Virus record (IMG/VR): IMGVR_UViG_3300033143_004671
Location: 1 to 64,000 of that record
Length of the DNA: 64,000 bases
DNA from: a virus
Strand: one strand, 5' to 3'
The notes beneath the pieces were generated by a model, which was not told the DNA's origin, searched no databases, and saw nothing but the letters and a program-made list of their open reading frames with translations. Below are positions 46,883 through 56,425 of the stretch, piece after piece. Within the stretch, counting starts at the first letter, position 1, and each line of letters starts with the position of its first letter. The translations under genes and the position numbers were made by a program.

Positions 46883-47515
46883 ATGGATGAATCAGTCGCC
46901 CAAGAGGTTCCCGAATTAAGTTCAGTACTCGACCTCATATACCAACAGGCCAATTTTTGCTATAGACGGCTGCCCTATCCGAAACCTCACGACGTAGAAG
47001 ACCTGGAACAGGAGGGTAAACTACTCTATGTGAGGCTTGCATCGAAGTATGATCCAAACCGTGGGGCGAAGTTCACGACTCTGTTGCACATATCCCTCGT
47101 GAATATGTACACCGGGATTTTACAGAAAGCATGGAGGCCTCACAACCACTTCGGGCAGGTGATGGATGTGGATAATCTCGACGAGTTCAGTGAGCCGGTG
47201 GCACGGAGTGAACCGGAGACAAGACTATCGGAGATATTCCTGCTGAGGCTCAGTCGGGATGCTTATCTATTCGCAAGGGAGTTCCTACATCCAGGCGACG
47301 AGTTTATTGCCTGGCAGCTTGTCGAGTATGGCAACCTTTCCCCATCCCCCATGCGGACGAAGAAACGCCTTCGCCGATTCTTCGGGCTCACGGACAAACA
47401 GACACGAACGATCCTCGCGGAGTTAGCCTATAAGCTATCGCGGGCATCCGTAGAGCCTGGAGTAGTCGAGGAAGAGAAAACCAAAGAAGAAAAGAACCAG
47501 GAGGAAGCCACCTAA
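46883..47515 (+). CDS. Sigma-70-family factor (region 2), probable late-transcription factor
   Basis: DVEDLEQEG......KYDPNRGAKFTT.L...L.N. TATAAT at 46769 and AGGAG RBS. Confidence 0.75.
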   Translation: MDESVAQEVPELSSVLDLIYQQANFCYRRLPYPKPHDVEDLEQEGKLLYVRLASKYDPNRGAKFTTLLHISLVNMYTGILQKAWRPHNHFGQVMDVDNLDEFSEPVARSEPETRLSEIFLLRLSRDAYLFAREFLHPGDEFIAWQLVEYGNLSPSPMRTKKRLRRFFGLTDKQTRTILAELAYKLSRASVEPGVVEEEKTKEEKNQEEAT

Positions 47516-47565
47516 AAGCAAAATGATGCACGAGAAAGATTGACCCCTAAGAAAGGAAGAGGGAA

Positions 47566-48060
47566 ATGAAACATATAGAAAAGAATGGCGTCCATACAAT
47601 CGAGTATGATTGTGAGTGCCCAACGTGTGAAGGCTCCGGATTGTTTGTAGGACTCGCTGAACGTGATGGTGCCGCGGTTGTCTGTAATTTATGCAGAGGT
47701 ACAGGAAAGCGCCACACCAAAATCATTTGGAAGGACTTTACTGGGAAAAAGCCCAAGCTAGGAGTAAAACGAGTCTTCGCTACCAATCCAGGAATCTGTA
47801 TCGGAGAGAACAAGAAGAAAAGATTGCTCCTCACCCACTTTGGCGGTCTGTCCTATGAAGAATGGCTACGAGGTGACGAGTTTACACCAGGTACGGAGGA
47901 CCGCCAGCACACTTGTCCAGCGTGGTGGTATCAATTGGCTGACTACGACAAGAAACCGAATTGGAAAGAATGCAATTCTTTAGGTCGTACGTTTCCGCAC
48001 TGTTCATCCTTCCGAAATAAAGAGAAGTGCTGGGCACGATGGGATAGAGAGAACGCCTAA
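47566..48060 (+). CDS. DnaJ-type zinc-finger protein
   Basis: CPTCEGSG and CNLCRGTG. Confidence 0.7.
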   Translation: MKHIEKNGVHTIEYDCECPTCEGSGLFVGLAERDGAAVVCNLCRGTGKRHTKIIWKDFTGKKPKLGVKRVFATNPGICIGENKKKRLLLTHFGGLSYEEWLRGDEFTPGTEDRQHTCPAWWYQLADYDKKPNWKECNSLGRTFPHCSSFRNKEKCWARWDRENA

Positions 48061-48086
48061 TACTGATACTTCGATATGTAAACCGA

Positions 48087-48115
48087 CCCTCCCTTAATCG
48101 GGAGGGCCTTTTTTT
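48087..48115 (+). terminator. Rho-independent terminator at the convergence point
   Basis: CCCTCCC-TTAATC-GGGAGGG followed by a run of seven T. Confidence 0.85.
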
Positions 48116-48117
48116 AT

Positions 48118-48684
48118 TTACTCAGACATAACGTGATAACCATACCGCTCAGTCTTTTGAGCTATCGAGGTAGCTAGCCTCCTGTCCACCTGATACAACT
48201 CAGACCATGTATACTGGTAGTGCAATTTACTGTTCGTATCGGTTCGGAATGAAGGGAAGATCACGTCACCCAATTCCAACCGATCACAAATCTCCAGCCA
48301 TGTATCACTACCCTCTGATATGTCCTCCACCTTATACCGCCACCTCGCTTGCTCCTCGCACAACTCGGACCACCATAACCAATACAACATCGACTTGAGC
48401 AACGGGTGCTGACCCTCCGTCATCCTCGGCACCCTGCCTAGCATATTACGCCAAAACACATCTGCCGACGCCGAGATGCTCGATATGGTATGGAGAGGAC
48501 ATCTCGTTTGATGCCACGCGTGGTCGAACTGGATTGGATTCACATATCGAGTCAGGTCCCACAGTATGGAACCCTCGTAACCTAACTCGAATTGACGTAT
48601 TGCCAGACCGCAGTTCCTAAGCACCTTGAGCATATAGGTCGTGCCTGATCTTACGGGGGCAAAGATTCCGAGTTTGTATACCAT
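48118..48684 (-). CDS. Sulfotransferase, last gene of the tail operon
   Basis: APVRSGTTYM, TRCPL.TISS, YKVED, YGY. Confidence 0.75.
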   Translation of the reverse strand: MVYKLGIFAPVRSGTTYMLKVLRNCGLAIRQFELGYEGSILWDLTRYVNPIQFDHAWHQTRCPLHTISSISASADVFWRNMLGRVPRMTEGQHPLLKSMLYWLWWSELCEEQARWRYKVEDISEGSDTWLEICDRLELGDVIFPSFRTDTNSKLHYQYTWSELYQVDRRLATSIAQKTERYGYHVMSE

Positions 48685-48687
48685 CCG

Positions 48688-49434
48688 TCACCCAATAGGA
48701 TCGTTCGACGTAGGCTCCGCTATCAGGTTCCCGTCGAAGTCACTCGCTCCATACCAAGACGTACCCGCCTTATCCCACCACCCCATGAGATGTAGGCAAT
48801 CATCGAATGCCATATAGCCGTCCTTGCCTCCTTCGGAGGACATTGTAACGGCAACTGTCCAGGCGTGTCCTCCACTGCGGGCTCCCCTATGTGACAAGTA
48901 CTGCTTACCCGCCGCATCGGAATCCAATCTTAGCCAGTCACTGTGAGCATCTGATATGGCTATCAATGCAGTACCTTGGGCTTGCTCACTCATTACATAC
49001 CGCGATACATTAGGTACTGAAGTATCCTTTACCTCGAAGACGATCACCAACCTATCCGATTCCAAGTAATGAGTAGCATCACTCGCGACGGGCAACACCT
49101 CGGGCAGATTGACAACAATCTCCTGAGCGTCCGATGGGAAAGTATCCTGTACGAAATCAATATCGGATATGTATGCCGTATCCGACATTGAGATTTTCTC
49201 ACGTTCCACCGCATAGTAGAATCCGGTAGCGTCCGACTCGACACCTGGCGTAGCCACCCGACCCAGCCACCATCCCTTGAAGAAATTAGCAGTGAACATG
49301 GTCAAAGAGGATGTGTGCCGTATCTTGATCGACCCGTCCGAGACGAGGCGCCGTCTGACGGCATTCACAATCTTATTCAGGTGACCCGCTGAAACAAAGT
49401 CGCCTCGATTAAACTTATCCACAAACTCTGCCAT
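48688..49434 (-). CDS. Tail tip / minor virion protein
   Basis: F.RGD.VSA.HLN.IV.AV N-terminus; downstream of the tape measure gene. Confidence 0.55.
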   Translation of the reverse strand: MAEFVDKFNRGDFVSAGHLNKIVNAVRRRLVSDGSIKIRHTSSLTMFTANFFKGWWLGRVATPGVESDATGFYYAVEREKISMSDTAYISDIDFVQDTFPSDAQEIVVNLPEVLPVASDATHYLESDRLVIVFEVKDTSVPNVSRYVMSEQAQGTALIAISDAHSDWLRLDSDAAGKQYLSHRGARSGGHAWTVAVTMSSEGGKDGYMAFDDCLHLMGWWDKAGTSWYGASDFDGNLIAEPTSNDPIG

Positions 49435-50201
49435 TACCAGTTACTCGGATCGAGGTTTGCACTAAAGTCTCCCTTATCGTAAGGCTGACTACCACCCGAA
49501 TCACTCATCGTATCGAAAGCAGGACCTCCCGCTTTGTCCTTACGCCAAAACTCATTCCAACTATTGAGGTGCTTGTAGGCAAACTTATATGTCAGTTGAT
49601 ATACGGTATTCCCTGCTCCATCCGTGCCTTCATTAGCATCCAGTCCCTCGAAGAGCAAGTGACTGTCTGAATATACAAAGCCCTTGATCGTCACCGATCC
49701 GTCGTTGACCAGGCCCTGCATACTGACCACTTGTGTCTTTGCATTTGCGTTAAACGTGTTCACCGTCCCCGTAATCGTGATCGTAGCCGCTGGGAATATC
49801 TTGACACCGCTCGCATCCTCGTCCGTGACCGCCTTGTCGTCTGATACCCACTGAAATCCCTCACCTATCGTAATAGCCTCGCCGGACGTCTGCCAATGTT
49901 CCTGCCACGTCGTCCAGTCGCTATTGACTTCCTGGCTGCTCAGCTTGCGGGTTTCCCACCCAACGGACAATTTGGCCTGATTAGGTCCACCCGAAGTGTC
50001 GTCGACGTCACCCAACGGGGTGACACCAATACTTGTGCACCGAAGGTGACTCAGATCACTATGAGCGGATCCCATCAACTCAGAGATCGAGGTCAGCCTA
50101 TCCGCCCATGGACATTTATACTCTTCGGTCAATCCATCCTGATCGACTTGTGCGGCCCTATTATGAGCATTCCAGAGTTTAGTCAGGTCTGAGATCGCCA
50201 T
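49434..50201 (-). CDS. Distal tail / hub protein
   Basis: Directly after the tape measure gene; G.VN......G......LLFEG, LTYKF, WN.FWR. Confidence 0.55.
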   Translation of the reverse strand: MAISDLTKLWNAHNRAAQVDQDGLTEEYKCPWADRLTSISELMGSAHSDLSHLRCTSIGVTPLGDVDDTSGGPNQAKLSVGWETRKLSSQEVNSDWTTWQEHWQTSGEAITIGEGFQWVSDDKAVTDEDASGVKIFPAATITITGTVNTFNANAKTQVVSMQGLVNDGSVTIKGFVYSDSHLLFEGLDANEGTDGAGNTVYQLTYKFAYKHLNSWNEFWRKDKAGGPAFDTMSDSGGSQPYDKGDFSANLDPSNW

Positions 50202-52769
50202 CTAGGCTACCATCCTTCCTGCATTGACAATGTTCTTATTCAACTTCTCGGCTTCCTTTTTAATGGCCTCCAGGTTCTTATTCGCCTTCTTCGCCTCCTT
50301 CAACTCGGGTGACATAGCGACAGACTGCAAACGCCTGAACAGATCCTGGAATCCTTCAAACCGTCCCGCACCCATTCCAGGACCGGCCATACGCTTTTGA
50401 GCTTCCGCGTTTATTTGATCCTTGAACTGATCGAATAGTTTGGGGCCCAGACGATTCTTCATTGCTTGCACCCAGGCATCGGTCTCTGCCTTGCGTCTGG
50501 CGGCGTCGGGCATTCCTGCAATCGTACCTCGCCTCAACTCCTCTAGGGCGGAGACTTGGTCTTTCATATCCGAGATCATACTACGTCCGAGTCGTCGCGA
50601 GTTTTCCTTAGCCTCCCGCTCGGCCTTAGCTACCGCAGCTTTATCGATACGTTCCTTCTCCTTAACCACTTTCTCTGAATAACGTCTAGCCGTCTCTTCC
50701 GCCTCCCTTGCCTGTTTCTCAGTCGCTTCCTGCTCTTTTAGCCTTCTTTCCTCGTCCGACTTAAATAGTGCTGCATCTAGTTCATGCTGGGCTTTTAGTT
50801 TCGCTTGGTCAGATTTCAGTTTCAGATCAGATGCTAGCCTCTCAGCCTCCGCTACCTCCTCTGGTGTCTTCCCTGCCAGCTTTCTAGAGGTAAGTAGCTT
50901 CATCTGCTTCCTATTCGCCTCCAATATTCTTTTTTGATTCTCCAACTCTTCTCTAAGACTTTTCAGTCTATCCTTCTTCTCTTTCATCCTCACTTCGCGC
51001 TGCTCTCGGGCTGCTATTCGTATCTCCTGGGCTCTTAACTGCATAGCAGGATCTGAATAAGTCTCCATCCCCATTGTAAACTTATGGATCTCTGCCAGTG
51101 CTTTTTTCTTTTCCTCCCTAACTGCTTCCTCTGCATCTCCTATAGCCTTCGCAGTCTTTTTTATGCTTATCTGTATCGTCTTTTTCTCATTAAGGAGCAG
51201 TTGCTTATTTACCTCTTCCATTGCAGCAGCCCATGACAAAGCAGCATTCACAACCCCATCAATAGCAGAAGCTAGATTTGGCAAGCTATTCGTCAAGCTC
51301 GTCTGTAACCTAACTAGTTCCATCTCCTCCTCTACTGACCGTTCCTGTTTCTCGGTAAGTTCCCGCAGGCGTTCCATTTTTTCCCTAATGGCTGCATTCT
51401 CAATCCTCGTCGAATCCGCCGCTTGCCGATTAGCATGTGACATCTCGATAGCCTTCTCCGTCATCTCGGCTATCTTACTACCTAACTCCTCAATCGCTCC
51501 CTCCCAGTCCCTAGTTGCAATTATGGCTATACCTATAATCGCAACAAACGCACCTATCGGGTTCATCGTCAGCAAAGTCAAGGCAACAGACAGTACCTTA
51601 ACAGCAGCAGCTACAGCCATAATCCGCAGGGCCCAAGCCGCTGCTGTCTCTAGAAAAGCCAGAACCGCACCAGAATTGTTCCGTATCGCGGATGCTAGAT
51701 TCCCGAGAAACTTAACCAACCCCTTTACCTGAGGCATAAGAGCCTGACCTATCGAAATAGCAGCCTCATTGAATCCCGCCTTGACTTGCTTCAATTGAAA
51801 TCCGACAGTGCGCTGTATCTTTGCAAAAGCCTGTTGAGTCAAACCAGTAGAGTTAGTCTGCAATGCTAGATCTTTCGACAGGCCGGTAAGGTCCTGCATC
51901 GCCGCCGCAACACCTTTAAGTCCTCTAACGTTTGGGAATATCTGTCCAAGCTGTTCCGCCGTCAATCCGTTCAGTCTCTCGAAGACTCCCGACAATCCCT
52001 CGGCCCTAAGGGTTGCCGTATTCAATGCGATACCATACTGATCCGCAGCTTCCACAGCCTCCTCAGTGGGAGATAGAAATGTTCGTAATGTGCCCACAAC
52101 GGCCGTCATCGCTTGGTCCGACTTGATGCCTACACGGGTGATAGTGGAGATGGAAGCGAGCAGTTCCTCCAAACTCAATCCAGAAACAGCCGCCACAGCC
52201 GCGACTTTACCTATCGACGATCCTAATTCCTCGAATGTGATCTTGCCCCTCTTCACTGTAGCCCACAGTTTATCGGACACCTCGGCCGCTCTTTCGGCGT
52301 CCATCTGATAAGCATTCAAGATCGTAGTAATGGCATCTGTCGATACCGCCGTACTTGTCATTCCTGCCGCCGCCGCTTTCGCGGCAACGGCCAGTACGTT
52401 CATCGCTTTCTCGGGAGCTATACTGGCAGACAGGACGTCATACAATCCCTTGGATAGTGTCCTGGTCGATTCCCCAAACTCCACTGCGAGAGCCCTGACT
52501 TGTCTCTCGAATCTCGCCATGGTTGGTCCTACGTTATCCGACAGCATGGTCGAGACGTTCGCCATCTCGGATTCAAATCTGACTGCCTGCCTCACGGCTA
52601 CGGCCATGAATCCACCAATTGCAATGAACACTCGCTTTGCAGTTCTAGACACGGCTTGCAAGTTCTCATTAGCCCCTGATAAACTTGCATGGAATCCCTT
52701 GAGTTTCATTTGAACGGCCCGCAGGCCCTTCACGGTGAACTCGGCATACAGTTCTGCAATCTTAGCCAT
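50202..52769 (-). CDS. Tail tape measure protein (TP901 family)
   Basis: 855 aa, helical and Ala-rich. FE..MANV.T, GLYDVLSA, TVKRGKITFEEL. Confidence 0.92.
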   Translation of the reverse strand: MAKIAELYAEFTVKGLRAVQMKLKGFHASLSGANENLQAVSRTAKRVFIAIGGFMAVAVRQAVRFESEMANVSTMLSDNVGPTMARFERQVRALAVEFGESTRTLSKGLYDVLSASIAPEKAMNVLAVAAKAAAAGMTSTAVSTDAITTILNAYQMDAERAAEVSDKLWATVKRGKITFEELGSSIGKVAAVAAVSGLSLEELLASISTITRVGIKSDQAMTAVVGTLRTFLSPTEEAVEAADQYGIALNTATLRAEGLSGVFERLNGLTAEQLGQIFPNVRGLKGVAAAMQDLTGLSKDLALQTNSTGLTQQAFAKIQRTVGFQLKQVKAGFNEAAISIGQALMPQVKGLVKFLGNLASAIRNNSGAVLAFLETAAAWALRIMAVAAAVKVLSVALTLLTMNPIGAFVAIIGIAIIATRDWEGAIEELGSKIAEMTEKAIEMSHANRQAADSTRIENAAIREKMERLRELTEKQERSVEEEMELVRLQTSLTNSLPNLASAIDGVVNAALSWAAAMEEVNKQLLLNEKKTIQISIKKTAKAIGDAEEAVREEKKKALAEIHKFTMGMETYSDPAMQLRAQEIRIAAREQREVRMKEKKDRLKSLREELENQKRILEANRKQMKLLTSRKLAGKTPEEVAEAERLASDLKLKSDQAKLKAQHELDAALFKSDEERRLKEQEATEKQAREAEETARRYSEKVVKEKERIDKAAVAKAEREAKENSRRLGRSMISDMKDQVSALEELRRGTIAGMPDAARRKAETDAWVQAMKNRLGPKLFDQFKDQINAEAQKRMAGPGMGAGRFEGFQDLFRRLQSVAMSPELKEAKKANKNLEAIKKEAEKLNKNIVNAGRMVA

Positions 52770-53044
52770 TACTCATCACCCATGTTCGTCGGTGGCCTCA
52801 CACCTTTACTCTCAATCCTCTCTCGCTCTTTCCTTCTATCCTCTCTCACGATCCTCCCCTTGTGTTCCTTATCGCCTTCAAAGTGCAGGAAGGTCTGGAA
52901 GACATCCTCGATCCGGGCACCCAACTCGGTGTATGTAAGATCGAGTATCTGTTCCTTCGTGAAACCATATCCGTATCGGGTGGATTGCAGGAGAGAGACT
53001 ATATAGTCCCATCTGAGCCTGTCTCCACCCGGTCCAAGTTTTTT
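52769..53044 (-). CDS. Tail assembly chaperone extension (gpT-like) reached by -1 frameshift
   Basis: A-AAA-AAC slippery site at 53044-53038. The -1 frame reads LGPGGDRLRWDYIV...YGFTKEQILDLT to a stop overlapping the tape measure ATG. Confidence 0.75.
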   Translation of the reverse strand, partial: KKLGPGGDRLRWDYIVSLLQSTRYGYGFTKEQILDLTYTELGARIEDVFQTFLHFEGDKEHKGRIVREDRRKERERIESKGVRPPTNMGDE

Positions 53045-53445
53045 GAGTCGTCCTCGTCGGGCGTGTTTATTGTCTTCATCACAGTAGTCAGGTCTTCGAT
53101 TGTCTCGTCATCGAGCAGATCGTTCATCTCCTCAAACTTGAGTTCGGGATTAGAATGCCTCAGCGATCTCCACAGCATGAAGATCAGACCCTCGGCCGTT
53201 ACCGCCTCGTACAGCAACTCGGCCTCGCTGATCGTCTGCGAAGCCAGGTCGGTCAGCACGCCCTTCCGTTCGTCGGCCGATAGTCCCTGAGCCGACGCCA
53301 GGAAGGCCTTGATCCGCTTACTGCGAATGAAATCCTGCAGGGCGAGATAGTCGCCTATCGTCGCCTGTTTCAGCGAGTACGTTACTCCCTTCAGTACGAC
53401 GGTCATCGGCGTCGGTAATGCCTTTTCCAGTGAATCCGTTGTCAT
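52999..53445 (-). CDS. Tail assembly chaperone (gpG-like)
   Basis: Between the tail tube and tape measure genes; carries the slippery site. Confidence 0.8.
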   Translation of the reverse strand: MTTDSLEKALPTPMTVVLKGVTYSLKQATIGDYLALQDFIRSKRIKAFLASAQGLSADERKGVLTDLASQTISEAELLYEAVTAEGLIFMLWRSLRHSNPELKFEEMNDLLDDETIEDLTTVMKTINTPDEDDSKNLDRVETGSDGTI

Positions 53446-53470
53446 CTTCCTGCTCTTCCTTTCATAACAC

Positions 53471-53560
53471 GTCAAATCCTTGCGAGGATTGTTTCTAACC
53501 AACGATCTCGCGATAAACGACCCGATACACGTTATATCGAGCAATGCCCTTACAGGGCGT
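53471..53560. repeat. Dispersed intergenic element, copy C
   Basis: Left arm GTCAAATCCTTGCGAGGATTGTTTCT resembles copy B; right arm matches copy D. Confidence 0.65.
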
Positions 53561-53561
53561 C

Positions 53562-54812
53562 CTACGTTGTCTCCGTCCCAGGCCACATGGAACCCTGGAA
53601 GGTCAGATTGTCGGTTATCAGCGTATCCACCGCTGCCGAGGGACTGATACCGGAGACTATACCCCATCCGCTGAGGTAGTTGCCTGTATCCTCGTCAGTG
53701 TAAAATCGTAGAATACAACGCTTCGATATTACACCATAACCGAGGGGATTGATCCAATACCTGTCGGCCGAGCCAGTCCAACCCTTCAAGCCAGCTTTGA
53801 ACGTACGCCAACCCGTCGAGCGGAAGTCAGTATCATCCATCATATCCGCAGCAATATCCAACGACCAACTCGTGAAACCACCACACTCGACAGTCATCGG
53901 ATAGTGGCGATAGGTCGCCGTGACGGCCTCACCGGCTTGCGATGTCTTAAACGTGATCGACCCTTTTGGTGTTATCGAGAAGTCCTGACCCAACACTTGA
54001 GTCACTCCTCCTGAGACCACCGTCAGGTTTTCATATTCCACATTCTCATACGCGGTGCGATAGACAGTAGTTGATCCGGAGTCCGACGTAAGCGCCTCGG
54101 TCGTCTCGGTATTGTAGGTCGTAGTAACCCAACCGTCACCACCAACTACGGCATCATTACTGTTCTTAGATGAATCGTCGCCGAAGGTGCCTGCCCCCTC
54201 GTGGAACATCCACTCACCTTCGAGATCACCGAGAACGGCTCCGGGGAAGTTGCCCTTCCACAAATCACTAATCTGAGCATCTGTCAACGCCGCACTGTAG
54301 ATGCGGACCAAGCCGACCCGAATAGCGTTGGTATTCGTGGGATCACCAAATACCAAATCACTCGTATTGGATAAGTCCCCAGCCGTCAGAGTCGCCGTAT
54401 TTGCAGCGACGGCATCCGTGTAGATACGAATCCTATCGTTGGCAACATCTCTCACACCAACCAGGTGAACCCAATTGTTATTAGCAACATCGGTGGCTCC
54501 GGCTACCACATCGCTTGTCGAGGCATCATTGGTTTGGAAGATGGGCTTACCACCTGTAAATCCAAGGAACCAACCAACTCCCGTATCGCTAAGCACAACT
54601 TCGCTAAGGATTGATCCTTTAGAGACCAGATCGCCTATATTACTCACGTCACTGTTCGGCGTCATCCATGCCTCGACACTGAACGAGGCATCCGATGCAA
54701 AGTCCAGTTCACCGCCAGTAGGATCCGCGACGGTAATATCGCCGCCCGACGTACTGACGGCGTTCTGCTTTGAAAGATAGAACGCTCCGAGATACCCTTT
54801 TGTCGCTGCCAT
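53562..54812 (-). CDS. Tail tube paralog with inserted LamG/ConA-like domain
   Basis: FSVEAW, WVHLVGV, VRIY..AL...I..L (LamG). C-terminal WSLD...D.TDF...GWR.F..GL..W.GS matches 54840-55226. Confidence 0.75.
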   Translation of the reverse strand: MAATKGYLGAFYLSKQNAVSTSGGDITVADPTGGELDFASDASFSVEAWMTPNSDVSNIGDLVSKGSILSEVVLSDTGVGWFLGFTGGKPIFQTNDASTSDVVAGATDVANNNWVHLVGVRDVANDRIRIYTDAVAANTATLTAGDLSNTSDLVFGDPTNTNAIRVGLVRIYSAALTDAQISDLWKGNFPGAVLGDLEGEWMFHEGAGTFGDDSSKNSNDAVVGGDGWVTTTYNTETTEALTSDSGSTTVYRTAYENVEYENLTVVSGGVTQVLGQDFSITPKGSITFKTSQAGEAVTATYRHYPMTVECGGFTSWSLDIAADMMDDTDFRSTGWRTFKAGLKGWTGSADRYWINPLGYGVISKRCILRFYTDEDTGNYLSGWGIVSGISPSAAVDTLITDNLTFQGSMWPGTETT

Positions 54813-54839
54813 AGTTTTCTCCTATCGCACAGCTTCTAA

Positions 54840-55226
54840 TTAGCCACCAGTGAACCACATATCACTCGTACCCTGGAAGTCCAGCGATTGGGTGGCCACA
54901 CCATCAACGGTCGTGGCAGGATGCCAACCACTACAGATCGCCTGCCCATGCATGTAGTCAGTACTGTTGACATACAGCTTGATTGTAGCCGTCGATCCCA
55001 CGTCACTCGGGACGATCTGGTTCGTACTGTCCACGTACAACTCGATACTACCAGACCAGCTATTGAGCCCACGTGTGAACTCACGCCATCCATTACTGTC
55101 AAAGTCGGTGGTGTCGTGAGTATCACCCGCGACATCCAACGACCACGAATGAGCGCGATAGACGACGTCCGAATCGACAATCGCACCCCAATCCAACTCT
55201 CCATCATATCCAGGAATCGTACCCAT
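54840..55226 (-). CDS. Major tail tube protein
   Basis: WSLD....THDTTDF...GWRE...GL.SWSGS, FQGT; follows the tail terminator. Confidence 0.8.
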   Translation of the reverse strand: MGTIPGYDGELDWGAIVDSDVVYRAHSWSLDVAGDTHDTTDFDSNGWREFTRGLNSWSGSIELYVDSTNQIVPSDVGSTATIKLYVNSTDYMHGQAICSGWHPATTVDGVATQSLDFQGTSDMWFTGG

Positions 55227-55255
55227 TATATTTCTCCTATCTAGCTAACCTTATT

Positions 55256-55660
55256 CTACTGCCAACGAATCCTAAAATCCGCCGTCATCTGCCACACTCT
55301 ATCTTCTCCGAACCACGTTGGTCCGGTGCTGCCTTCTCTCGCACAACTTATGTGCGTCTTGCTATCGTACGTCAATGTAGCCCTATCGAAGACCACATTC
55401 AAGTCCGAATACATCTGGTTGATAGTCGAGCTATCGTCGCTATCATCGTACAAACTAAACTGCACGATGGCTTCCTGCCAATCGCCATTCTCATTAAACG
55501 TCCTAACAGGCGTCTCGGAGATCAGATCGAAGGTGATCCAGGGCAATGTCTTATCGCCAGGCACGTGAGAAAAGTATACATCGCTCGTCACGGCGAGCAG
55601 TGTGGCATCGCTGGCCTTCGTGTTTATGGCAATAATCAATTCGTCGATATCACCTGGCAT
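55256..55660 (-). CDS. Tail terminator (DUF3168-like)
   Basis: VY...P....PWITF..IS, VQFSLY; synteny. Confidence 0.75.
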   Translation of the reverse strand: MPGDIDELIIAINTKASDATLLAVTSDVYFSHVPGDKTLPWITFDLISETPVRTFNENGDWQEAIVQFSLYDDSDDSSTINQMYSDLNVVFDRATLTYDSKTHISCAREGSTGPTWFGEDRVWQMTADFRIRWQ

Positions 55661-56086
55661 CTATATCTTCCTTATCGGTTTGCTAAAGATCCTTTTGATC
55701 TCCGGCTTTGCTTTCTCCAGAGCGGGCCGCATGAAAGGTCTGGGTTCCATCTTAGGAGTCCCAAACTCAAGCCACTTACCATACTTGACATTAGTACCCG
55801 CCCTGGAAACAGGCAATGCAGGATGCACCCAATGCGTAATGCTTCTCTTCAACGTGCCTGTCTGCACTCTAGGCACTTCACCTGGCTTCGACCTGAACGA
55901 ACCCACCTTACCCGGCTTCTGTCCTTCCTGCAGGAACCCGCTCTCCGTCCGTCCACCCGCCTTCATCGACTCCTTTACTAACTGCTCGACGTAGACGGCT
56001 GCAACGAGGACATCCCTACGGGATTTGTCCATCAAGGCCTTCTCAAACTCCTTGCCTCTCCAAATTAGTTTGCCTTTCGCTGCCAT
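55661..56086 (-). CDS. HK97 gp10-like tail completion protein
   Basis: S.PGE.P.V.TGTLKRSI, YG..LEFGT.KM.PRPFMRPA. Confidence 0.9.
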   Translation of the reverse strand: MAAKGKLIWRGKEFEKALMDKSRRDVLVAAVYVEQLVKESMKAGGRTESGFLQEGQKPGKVGSFRSKPGEVPRVQTGTLKRSITHWVHPALPVSRAGTNVKYGKWLEFGTPKMEPRPFMRPALEKAKPEIKRIFSKPIRKI

Positions 56087-56088
56087 AT

Positions 56089-56424
56089 CTATATCGCCTG
56101 TTTCAGTTCCCTCAAAACCAATTCCGTATGATGATCCATCTCATCGATGTTCCTGACCAGTTCTATCTCAAATGTCCTTGTCCCATATACTATCCTGTCC
56201 TGCTCCGTTATCCCAGTGTAATTACCCGAGACGAACATATGATGGGTCACTGGTGTCCTCGTCGATCCATACAACTGAGCCTCCACACCTGTCATAGGTT
56301 GGATACGGGCGGGCATACTCGCATAGCGATTCGTCCACGTACGGGTGACGCCACCGCGTCGGGTGTTGGACACCGAGCACTGCTGCACATCTACCGTCAC
56401 GTTCATTAGCGTATCAAACGACAT
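56089..56424 (-). CDS. Head closure protein (SPP1 gp16-like)
   Basis: W......ARIQP..G.E, TH, DRI.YG.R.FEI. Confidence 0.85.
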   Translation of the reverse strand: MSFDTLMNVTVDVQQCSVSNTRRGGVTRTWTNRYASMPARIQPMTGVEAQLYGSTRTPVTHHMFVSGNYTGITEQDRIVYGTRTFEIELVRNIDEMDHHTELVLRELKQAI

Positions 56425-56425
56425 A

